32,000 nucleotides of DNA from Candidatus Saccharimonadota bacterium (GTDB lineage Bacteria > Patescibacteriota > Patescibacteriia > 2-12-FULL-60-25). The position numbers and the translations under genes are program-made. The notes beneath the pieces were generated by a model. The model made no database searches, was not told the DNA's origin, and worked only from the letters and a program-made list of their open reading frames with translations. The DNA lies in assembly GCA_963718585.1 (NCBI GenBank), contig OY970357.1:120001-152000 (forward strand), written 5' to 3'. This document shows, in pieces, positions 16,663 to 24,362 of the stretch (position 1 is its first letter; each line of letters opens with the position of its first letter).

Positions 16663-16914
16663 TTATTTCTCCTTGGTTTGACGGGCGGCGCGCTTGGCGT
16701 GGATCTTCTGTTTCTTGCTCGGACGTTCGCCCTTTTGTTCGGCGGCAAGGCGCTTGAGGGTCTTCAAGGTCCGCGCAGAGATGCGCAGCTTCGTCCCGCC
16801 GATCCGGACGGTCTGCAGATTGACGTTTTGGCGCCGCTTGGTGGCGACGTTCGAGTGGCTCCGGGAATTCACGGTCTTTGCGCCGCGGCCGGTGAGTTGA
16901 TCGATGCGAGACAT
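16663..16914 (-). CDS. rpmB: 50S ribosomal protein bL28
   Basis: [34 protein letters not shown] matches the L28 pattern (C.LTGK....GN.VSHSN.KTKRRF.PNLQ). Has a basic C-terminal extension. Confidence 0.9.
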   Translation of the reverse strand: MSRIDQLTGRGAKTVNSRSHSNVATKRRQNVNLQTVRIGGTKLRISARTLKTLKRLAAEQKGERPSKKQKIHAKRAARQTKEK

Positions 16915-16996
16915 ATCGTTGGCGGGAGGATAAGCGATATTCCATGATTTGGCAAGGGCGCTAGCCTGTCTGCGACGGCCCAGCTAGAATGGTCGC

Positions 16997-17644
16997 ATGT
17001 TCACGCTATTCTTCCAACAGCCCTTGGTCTTCGTGGCATGGGTCCTGGCGTTCTTGGCCGCGTTATCACTCCATGAGTTCTCACATGCCTTGGTCGGTGC
17101 TTGGCTCGGGGACCTGACGGCGAAACGATTGGGTCGCCTTACGCTCAATCCCGCGTCACATATCGACCCCATGGGTTTCATTGCCGTCCTGCTCATCGGC
17201 TTCGGATGGGGGAAGCCCGTTCCGTATAATCCGTATAATTTGAAATGGCCTCGCTGGGGTCCGGTCGCGATCGCGGCTGCAGGACCCGTGAGCAATGTGC
17301 TCTTTGCCATCGTTTCGGTCATTGCATTGTCCATCGCCGGTCCGTTACTGGGTGGGGGAAATCTCCTGGTGATCTTCCTTGCTGTGTGTGCAGAGTTGAA
17401 CATCGCGCTCGCGGTCTTCAACCTCATCCCGCTCCCGCCGCTTGATGGATCGAAGGCATTGCTCGCGATCCTCGCCGCTCCGAAGTATGCGAACGTCCGC
17501 CGTTGGATCGAGATGCGCGGACCCATGATCCTCATTCTTTTGATCGCCATGGATGCGCTCGGGGGGTTCAACATCTTCGGTGGACTGATCTGGTGGGCGA
17601 TCGGTCTCGTTTCGCACTTCGGGAACGTCGGTCTGTTCCTATGA
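16997..17644 (+). CDS. site-2 protease family (peptidase M50) membrane metalloprotease
   Basis: HEFSHALVGAWLG (HExxH inside a TM helix), LNPASHIDPMGF, and NLIPLPPLDGSK (the second metal-ligand motif of M50). Confidence 0.85.
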   Translation: MFTLFFQQPLVFVAWVLAFLAALSLHEFSHALVGAWLGDLTAKRLGRLTLNPASHIDPMGFIAVLLIGFGWGKPVPYNPYNLKWPRWGPVAIAAAGPVSNVLFAIVSVIALSIAGPLLGGGNLLVIFLAVCAELNIALAVFNLIPLPPLDGSKALLAILAAPKYANVRRWIEMRGPMILILLIAMDALGGFNIFGGLIWWAIGLVSHFGNVGLFL

Positions 17645-19198
17645 TCCGCTGGCGCCCCAGCCTTCGGCGGAGCGCGGGCATGACGGATCTCGCCACGACG
17701 GCCCTCGCGGGCCCGTTCATCGTATCGGTCATCGTCGCGTTCCTCGGTCGTCCCATGATCACGCCGTTCGATCTGCTTTTCGTGATCCTTCCGGCCTTGG
17801 CCACCGGCGCCGCGCTCGTCTTTGCCGTCTGCGTCGTGTTCCGCGAACGGACGGATCTCGCAACGGCGCGTGCGCTCACCGTGCTCGATATCGCACTGTT
17901 CTTGGGCCTCTGCGCCAGTTTGTCCGGTGCGTGGTCGGACGCGACGACCCAGACGGCGTTGTCTGCCGTAGGAGCCGTGCAGAGCTTGATGACCCTCAAC
18001 GTCCTGCCATTCATCGGCGGAACGCCCGCGTTGATCCGTTTCGTCCCGATCGCGGCAGGTCTTGTTCTCTCGGTATCGCTACGCAAACGGATCGGGTTGC
18101 TTGCGGCCATCGGCGTCGGGATCGCATCCGCAGCGGTGTTGACCGGGGTCATGCACGCAACATCTTGGATCGCGGCGATCATGGGTGCACCGTCGGATCC
18201 GGCGTCGACCTACCGCGGGCTGGTCACCGCCCTTCGGGACGGATATTGGACGAATGCGCAGGCGGCGCGCTTTTTGGCGCCCATCGGTCAGCAGGCGGAA
18301 AGTGCCATCGTCGGCGCGCGCGCAGGTGTGGAAGCTGTCTTTGCCTGGGTGTGTCTGGGTGCGAGTGCGTATTTCGCCTTGGCGCCGGTCCAAGGGCTAC
18401 TTCAAGCGGATCTTCACGCCGGCCGTGGGTGCTTTTGCGTCCGTACTGGTCTTTGGATATGCCGTGGGATCGGTCGGTGCACCGATCCGGACCTCGTTCT
18501 CCGATGGCATTTCGCTTCTCCTTTTTCTCGCCATATCCGTTGCATGGCTCGCATGGTGGCGGTTTCAGCGTGACATCGACACTGCGGCTGAAGATGCGGA
18601 ACGGCGGCCCAGTCTTCCGATCGCCAGCGGCGCGGTCGCCTTACATGATGCCGCACACGCGGCTCGGACGTTTCTGTTCCTCGCGCTTGGGACGGCGGTC
18701 CTCCTCGGCTGGCCGGTGTTCATCGGCATGGCTTCAGCGACGCTGGCGGTGCGACTGTCGTCGCGACAGGGGCATGGATGGGGTACGGCGTTCATCGCGG
18801 ACGTGCTGCTGCGGACCGCGACCGCGGCGAGCCTTGGAGCGACCGGACTTTTTTTCGGGCTTCGGCAGGTGATCCCGTCCGCGAATGTCCTCCACCTCGT
18901 CGCGGGGTACTCCGTCTTCGTGGGTGTCGCCGCTCTGCTTGTCCACCTACGTGATCAGACGGATCTGCGCGTCGGCGCAGCACTCATGGGCATCGTGATC
19001 CCGGTCGTATGCCTCCTCGTCCTCCGGTCGTCGACCATCTTTTGGTTGGTCGCAGCCTACGCGGCCGGGACCATATGGGTCGCGCGCAAGCCATCCAGCT
19101 GGCAGCGATCCGCGGCAGTCCCGATCTACCTCTTGATGACGGGTTTTGCGTTTTTTGCCTTGTTTTTTCCTCATTTGCTGGGATTGGCGACAGTGTGA
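17641..19198 (+). pseudogene. polytopic membrane protein, frame-disrupted as assembled (one extra base near 18394-18397)
   Basis: ATG 17641 overlaps the M50 stop (ATGA). Frame 1 is hydrophobic and helical up to ...SAYFALAPVQG and then turns Arg/Cys/Trp-rich. The +1 frame (ORF 18185..19198) becomes hydrophobic from YFKRIFTPAVGAFASVLVFGY onward. Deleting one G of GGG restores one ~519-aa protein. Confidence 0.6.
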
Positions 19199-19230
19199 TC
19201 GCTTGAATGGGCGATTTACACCGCTACGGC

Positions 19231-19260
19231 TTGACGATGAAGCACGTATCCTGTTATATT
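19231..19260 (+). promoter_or_regulatory. candidate str-operon promoter (TTGACG-18-TATATT with TG extension)
   Basis: TTGACG 19231-19236, TGT-TATATT 19252-19260, 20 nt upstream of the rpsL ATG. Confidence 0.5.
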
Positions 19261-19279
19261 TCCGCCACATTTTTACTCC

Positions 19280-19708
19280 ATGCCTACGATCAACCAGCTG
19301 CGAAAGCGGCCGCGGAAACAGGTCCGCGCAAAGTCCAAGAGTCCGGCCATGCAGTTCACCTACGATTCTCTCCACCGCAAGCGGAGTGAATTCAGTCACG
19401 GCTCGCCATTTAAGCGCGGCGTGTGCGTGAAGGTGACGACCATGACGCCGAAAAAGCCGAACTCCGCGTTGCGGAAGATCGCGCGTATCCGCCTGTCGAA
19501 CGGTATGGAAGTTTCCGCGTACATTCCGGGCGAAGGACATAACCTCCAGGAGCACTCGATCGTGATGATCCGCGGTGGTCGTGTGAAGGACCTTCCGGGT
19601 GTGCGGTATCACATCGTGCGCGGTGTGTATGACACACAGGGTGTCTCAAACCGGCGCAAGAGCCGCTCGCTCTATGGCAACAAGCGGCCGAAGGCTGCCA
19701 AGTCCTAA
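19280..19708 (+). CDS. rpsL: 30S ribosomal protein uS12
   Basis: MPTINQL...[65 protein letters not shown]. Carries a ~15-aa insertion ([15 protein letters not shown]) near the N-terminus. Confidence 0.97.
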   Translation: MPTINQLRKRPRKQVRAKSKSPAMQFTYDSLHRKRSEFSHGSPFKRGVCVKVTTMTPKKPNSALRKIARIRLSNGMEVSAYIPGEGHNLQEHSIVMIRGGRVKDLPGVRYHIVRGVYDTQGVSNRRKSRSLYGNKRPKAAKS

Positions 19709-19726
19709 CGTTGATCCGAATCGAAT

Positions 19727-20194
19727 ATGCGTGGAAAACAAGCACCGAAGCGGACCGTCGAAGCAGACTCGAAATATGCTTCGCCCGTCGTCGCAAAGCT
19801 CATCAATTACGTGATGAAGGATGGCAAGAAGTCCACGGCCCAGAAGGTCGTGTACGATGCGTTCGATCAGATCGAAAAGAAGGCGGAGAAGCCGGCGATC
19901 GAAGTATTTGATGAAGCATTGAAGAACATCTCCCCACTGCTCGAGGTGCGTTCAAAGCGCGTCGGTGGTGCGAACTACCAGATCCCGATCCAGGTGCGTG
20001 CCGAACGCCGGCAGCAGCTCGCCTTCCGCTGGCTGCTCACAGCCGCCCGCGGCAAGAAGGGGAAGCCCATGGCTGTGAAACTCGCCGGAGAGATCCTCTC
20101 CGCCGCCGAGAATCAGGGTGACGCCGTCAAAAAGAAGCAGGACGTCCAGCGCATGGCAGAGGCCAACCGCGCGTTCGCGCACTTCGCGCGCTAA
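19727..20194 (+). CDS. rpsG: 30S ribosomal protein uS7
   Basis: 155 aa. KLINYVMKDGKKSTAQKVVYDAF...VRSKRVGGANYQIPIQVR..RQQLAFRWLL...RMAEANRAFAHF. Confidence 0.97.
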   Translation: MRGKQAPKRTVEADSKYASPVVAKLINYVMKDGKKSTAQKVVYDAFDQIEKKAEKPAIEVFDEALKNISPLLEVRSKRVGGANYQIPIQVRAERRQQLAFRWLLTAARGKKGKPMAVKLAGEILSAAENQGDAVKKKQDVQRMAEANRAFAHFAR

Positions 20195-20283
20195 GTATGG
20201 ACGACGACGGACGTCCGAATTTGGCGCATCGTTTTGTCGCCGCCTCCGCCCCTCCTCGTCGTACGTTTTCGTACGCCTGCGTC

Positions 20284-20332
20284 GGGTGCTCGACGGCTTC
20301 GCACGCTGCATCCACATTCGAGCGTCCTTTTT
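20284..20332 (+). terminator. terminator/attenuator-like hairpin between rpsG and fusA
   Basis: GGGTGCTCGA (20284-20293) pairs with TCGAGCGTCC (20318-20327; 10 bp, 2 G-U), followed by TTTTT. Confidence 0.4.
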
Positions 20333-20367
20333 GATCTACTGAGAACATCCAATTTCAATTACGATAT

Positions 20368-22451
20368 ATGCCCCGCGAATACACTCTCCGAGATACCCGA
20401 AACTTCGGGATCATCGCCCATATCGACGCCGGAAAGACGACCGTCTCCGAGCGCGTCTTGTTCTATACCGGTCGTAAACACAAGATCGGTGAGGTGCACG
20501 AAGGTGAAGCTACGATGGACTGGATGGCGCAGGAGCGTGAGCGCGGGATCACCATCACGTCTGCCGCGACGACCTGTTTTTGGAAGGGCAAGCGCCTGAA
20601 CCTCATCGATACTCCCGGGCACATCGACTTCACGATCGAGGTCCAGCGTTCCTTGCGCGTGCTCGACGGCGCGGTCACGGTGTTCGACGGCGTTGCCGGC
20701 GTGGAACCGCAGTCTGAGACCGTGTGGCGTCAGGCGGATAAGTACAATGTGCCGCGCATTTGCTTCGTGAACAAACTCGACCGAATGGGCGCGGATTTTC
20801 AGAAGGATGTCGAATCCATCCGCAACCGTTTGAACAAGCGAGCCTATCCGATCCAGCTCCCGATCGGCACGGAAGCGAATTTCATCGGCATCATCGACCT
20901 CATTACGATGAAGGCGGAGATGTACAGAGACGAGATGGGTCAGCAGATCGAGGAAGTGGACGTGCCGGCAGAATGCTCGAGGCCGCCGAAGGCCGCGCGC
21001 AACGAGTTCCTCGAGGCGTTGTCCGAATCGGATGAAGCGCTCATGAACAAGTATCTGGGTGGCGAAGAGCTGACCGTGGAGGAGATCCGCACCGCACTCC
21101 GCAAGGCCGTACTCGTTCAGGATCTGTTCCCGATCCTGTGTGGATCCGCGCTCAAGAACAAGGGCGTGCAGTTCCTCCTCGATGCTGTCGATTACTACCT
21201 CCCATCGCCGCTCGACGTGCCGCCGATCCAGGGACACGAGGTGGATGATGAAACGAAGATCATCGAGCGCAAAGCAGATGATAACGAGCCGTTCTCGGCT
21301 TTGGCCTTCAAGGTCATGTCCGATCCGTTCGTGGGGAAACTTATCTTCTTCCGCGTGTATTCCGGGACGATCAAGGCAGGTTCCTATGTGCTCAATGCCA
21401 CGACCGGGGAGAAGGAGCGCATCGGCCGCATCGTGCGCATGCATTCCAACGATCCGCGAAGAAGTGGATCAGGTGTATGCCGGTGATATCGCCGCCGCCG
21501 TCGGTTTGAAAACCACCTTCACGGGGCACACGCTCTGTGATGAGGATCATCCGATCATCCTCGAGTCCATCGTCGTGCCGGAACCGGTCATTGAGATCGC
21601 GATCGAGCCGAAGACCAAAGCGGATCAGGAGAAGATGGGCGTCGCGTTGCAGAAACTCGCGGAAGAAGATCCATCGTTCCGTGTCCGTACGGACGAAGAG
21701 ACGCTTCAGACGCTTATTGCGGGCATGGGCGAACTTCACCTCGACATCATCGTCGATCGGATGAAGCGGGAGTTCAAAGTGGAAGCGAACGTCGGAAAAC
21801 CGCAGGTGTCGTACAAGGAGGCGCTGAAGAAGGCGGCCGAGGCCGAAGGTAAATACGTTCGTCAGTCCGGTGGACGCGGGCAATACGGTCATTGCTGGCT
21901 CCGCGTCGAACCGCAGGAGCGCGGAAAGGGCTATGAGTTCGTGGATGAGATCAAGGGCGGTGTCATTCCGCGTGAATACATCCAGCCGATCAACAAAGGC
22001 GTGCAGGAGGCGATGACGCGCGGGGTGGTCGCCGGGTATCCGTTGGTCGACGTGAAGGTCACGCTCTTCGATGGGTCATACCACGAGGTCGACTCCTCCG
22101 AAGCGGCATTCAAGATCGCGGCTTCCATGGCGATTCCAGGAAGCGTGTAAGAAGGGAGGTGTCGCCATCCTTGAGCCGATCATGAAGGTCGAGTGTGTCA
22201 CGCCGGAGGACTACATGGGTGACGTCATCGGCGACCTCAACTCCAAGCGCGGACAGGTCAACGAGATGACGGACCGGATGGGCGCGAAGGTCATCGATGC
22301 GTTCGTCCCGCTCGCTGAGATGTTCGGCTACGCGACGTCGCTCCGTTCCATGACCCAGGGTCGTGCGTCGTACTCCATGGAATTCGACCACTACTCCGAG
22401 GTCCCGCAGAACGTGCAGGCGACGATCGTCGAAGGACGGGCGAAGAAATAA
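20368..22451 (+). pseudogene. fusA: elongation factor G, interrupted by two +1 frame breaks as assembled (near 21454 and 22136)
   Basis: Three consecutive ORFs (20368..21486, 21140..22150, 22071..22451) in frames 1, 2 and 3 together give a full EF-G. It starts [14 protein letters not shown]...DTPGHIDF...RMHSND. After the first break it reads [19 protein letters not shown]...[11 protein letters not shown]. After the second it reads [41 protein letters not shown]. Confidence 0.9.
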
Positions 22452-22465
22452 GATCCGGATCGATG

Positions 22466-22492
22466 AAGAGCGGGCACATGCCCGCTCTTTTG
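22466..22492 (+). terminator. intrinsic terminator after fusA
   Basis: AAGAGCGGGC-ACAT-GCCCGCTCTT followed by TTGT. Confidence 0.65.
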
Positions 22493-22498
22493 TATATG

Positions 22499-22522
22499 AA
22501 AAGACCCCGCGTGTGCGGGGTC
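22499..22522 (-). terminator. intrinsic terminator of the sigma4/alphaCTD gene (copy 1 of a 24-nt repeat)
   Basis: On the minus strand GACCCCGC-ACAC-GCGGGGTC-TTTT. Identical 24-mer at 23788-23811. Confidence 0.65.
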
Positions 22523-22538
22523 TTGAGGAGTGTTCTGA

Positions 22539-23711
22539 TCAAGGACGACGGAAAAGGGGGATCTCTTTTTCGTCGAGTTCGCGGCGCCGTTCGGCGACCG
22601 CGTTCCGCATCTCGTCATCGAGCTTCATGCCGATCTCGGCGCCATGTGAGGCGATGACCTCTTTGACCTCTTTGATGCTTTTGCGACCGAAGTTCGGTAC
22701 GTTGAGCAACTCGAGTTCCTTTTTTTGGACCACTTCGCCACAGAGTTTGAGATCCAAGTTCCGAAGGCAGTTCTCACTTCGAACGGAGAGGCAGATATCC
22801 TGGATCGGCGTGAGAAGGAAATCGAGCAGCTCAAGTCGCTGCTGGATCTCTTCAGGGAACAGGGCCCTACGTTGTCGTTCGACCTCTGCGCGCCATGCCG
22901 CGACTGGATCTGAGATGAGACGAAGGTCATGGGCAATCTGTGGGTTCTGCAGCCAACGGATCGCTTCGGCCTCGATGTGTCGCATGCGCTCGGGACTTTT
23001 CCCAAGTGTCTCTCCGATCTCTTTGAGTGTCTGATTGGCGCATCCGATCCCGAAACGCATCCGGAGGACGCGGGCGAGGTGCTCGGGGAGCTTCAGGAGG
23101 TGGACGTCGATCATGCGTTCCACGAGACCGTCTTCAGGCCACGCTACGAGCGCGCTCGAAAGACGCGTCTCGACGGCGAGCCCGATGAGCGCACGCTCCG
23201 CATCTTCGCGCGATGCGGGCAATGCGTCGGGTTCTGCACGAAGATGGTCGAGGTAGGTCTCGAAGAGTTCCGATCTCTTCGTGTAGCCCCGGACCCTCGA
23301 GGCGTTCGGGTTGAACAGGGTGGCGAGCAGATCGCGGTACGGTCTCTGTGATTCCGCGGAATCATGGAGTCCTTCATACGCGGTCTCCAGGCGCTTCGCG
23401 AAGGCCTGGAGCGCATCGATCTGCAGCCATGTTCGGACGTGGGTGAGCACGCTGATGGGCGAAGGCTCCTGCCCCCACGAGAGGGACTTCTGTTGGTTGT
23501 TGAGCCAAAAGGCGAAGACAGCGGTGTACCGTCGCTGCAGATTACGGATGCGTTCCGGGTCTGCTTCCGCGCGGACGATCTGGAGATCGTTCTTGATCGT
23601 CGTTGTCGAAACATCGACGATCTTGGCGATATCCTCATTTGTGAATCCAAGGACGTAAAGTTCTTTCACGCGCGGGAGCCGCGCGCGTTGAGCCTCTTTG
23701 TAATCCCGCAT
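22539..23711 (-). CDS. chimeric transcription-related protein: N-terminal HTH, sigma-70 region-4 domain and RNA polymerase alpha-CTD-like domain
   Basis: 390 aa with SD AAAGGAAG upstream. Residues ~200-258 read LLKLPEHLARVLRMRFGIGCANQTLKEIGETLGKSPERMRHIEAEAIRWLQNP (sigma r4.2 pattern). Residues ~296-364 read LLTPIQDICLSVRSENCLRNLDLKLCGEVVQKKELELLNVPNFGRKSIKEVKEVIASHGAEIGMKL (alpha-CTD pattern). Confidence 0.85.
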   Translation of the reverse strand: MRDYKEAQRARLPRVKELYVLGFTNEDIAKIVDVSTTTIKNDLQIVRAEADPERIRNLQRRYTAVFAFWLNNQQKSLSWGQEPSPISVLTHVRTWLQIDALQAFAKRLETAYEGLHDSAESQRPYRDLLATLFNPNASRVRGYTKRSELFETYLDHLRAEPDALPASREDAERALIGLAVETRLSSALVAWPEDGLVERMIDVHLLKLPEHLARVLRMRFGIGCANQTLKEIGETLGKSPERMRHIEAEAIRWLQNPQIAHDLRLISDPVAAWRAEVERQRRALFPEEIQQRLELLDFLLTPIQDICLSVRSENCLRNLDLKLCGEVVQKKELELLNVPNFGRKSIKEVKEVIASHGAEIGMKLDDEMRNAVAERRRELDEKEIPLFRRP

Positions 23712-23787
23712 GCGACTTCCTTTCTGGTGTCGATGTGCATCGGAGACGTATCACAAATCAGCCACATTGTCAATGTATCTACACTAA

Positions 23788-23811
23788 AAAAGACCCCGCG
23801 TGTGCGGGGTC
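23788..23811 (-). terminator. intrinsic terminator (copy 2 of the 24-nt repeat)
   Basis: Same 24-mer AAAAGACCCCGCGTGTGCGGGGTC, 6 nt downstream of the stop of the 23817..24280 gene. Confidence 0.65.
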
Positions 23812-23816
23812 GAGGG

Positions 23817-24280
23817 TCAGGCTTTGCGCCAGGGGTCTTCCGGGTGATCGCGTTCGTACGTCCGCGTGTCGCCGGGTTTCATCCGCGATCGTTTGACGGT
23901 CGCTTCGAGCGTGTCGATCGCGGCCGTGAAGGCTGGGACCTGGATCGGCGTGATCGTGTAGTGGAGTCGCCGGCGGTCTTCGCCCTCCACGGACTCGCCC
24001 TTGATCTGGAGTCCGAGGTTCGGGACCGGTCCCATCGAGAGGGCGCGTCGGATCTCCGAGAGATGGACGATGAAGATCGCGAGCCTTGTCTTGAAAACGG
24101 TTTCGCAGACGCGAGACGTCCGGCGCGCGAGCTTGCGTACGGCGCCGGTTGAAAGAATGTCAGGATCAGGCCGTCCGGATCTTCCCGCATCTCGACCGTG
24201 ATCCGATAGTTCCAGATCGGTGATCTGTTGATCGGGAGCGTGGTCCGGTTCGGACGGTTCTTGTGGAATGAGCGGTTCAC
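23817..24280 (-). pseudogene. orphan ~154-aa protein, frame-disrupted as assembled (one base apparently missing near 24140-24155)
   Basis: Promoter, SD (AAAGGAG) and GTG 24280 open a G/C-ending frame: MNRSFHKNRPNRTTLPINRSPIWNYRITVEMREDPDGLILTFFQP. It then decays into Ser/Arg junk. The -1 frame carries the G/C-ending continuation AVRKLARRTSRVCETVFKTRLAIFIVHLSEIRRAL...LHYTITPIQVPAFTAAIDTLEATVKR...DPWRKA, ending at 23817. Confidence 0.55.
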
Positions 24281-24302
24281 TCGGTGCTCCTTTCGTTGCC
24301 GT

Positions 24303-24331
24303 GTTGTAGCCGAATTCTGTGAATATGTCAA
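24303..24331 (-). promoter_or_regulatory. candidate promoter (TTGACA-17-TACAAC) for the 24280 gene
   Basis: On the minus strand TTGACA (plus 24326-24331) and TACAAC (plus 24303-24308), directly after a terminator and ~22 nt before SD and GTG. Confidence 0.45.
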
Positions 24332-24333
24332 TG

Positions 24334-24362
24334 AAAAACCCCGCTGTCCGTGAACAGCGGGG
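24334..24362 (-). terminator. intrinsic terminator (minus strand)
   Basis: On the minus strand CCCCGCTGT-TCACGG-ACAGCGGGG-TTTTT. Confidence 0.65.

Noticed and set aside
20359-21444. 361-aa ORF antisense to fusA. The same class includes 25549..26544(-) antisense to tuf, 29182..30228(-) antisense to rplB/rpsS, 26795..27484(-) antisense to rpsJ, 13918..14862(-) and 12955..13857(-) antisense to the malic enzyme and LOG, and 3873..4670(-) and 2619..3284(-) antisense to DUF4012
   Set aside because: These are typical long shadow ORFs of a GC-rich genome. They lie opposite strongly conserved genes, have Arg/Asp/His-rich unnatural composition and contain no motifs.
21450-22140. Programmed +1 ribosomal frameshifting as an explanation for the fusA breaks
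   Set aside because: There is no prfB-like context (no in-frame stop with an upstream SD-like stimulator) and no slippery motif. Two independent events in one essential gene, plus similar breaks in unrelated genes at homopolymers, are better explained by indel errors or ordinary mutations.
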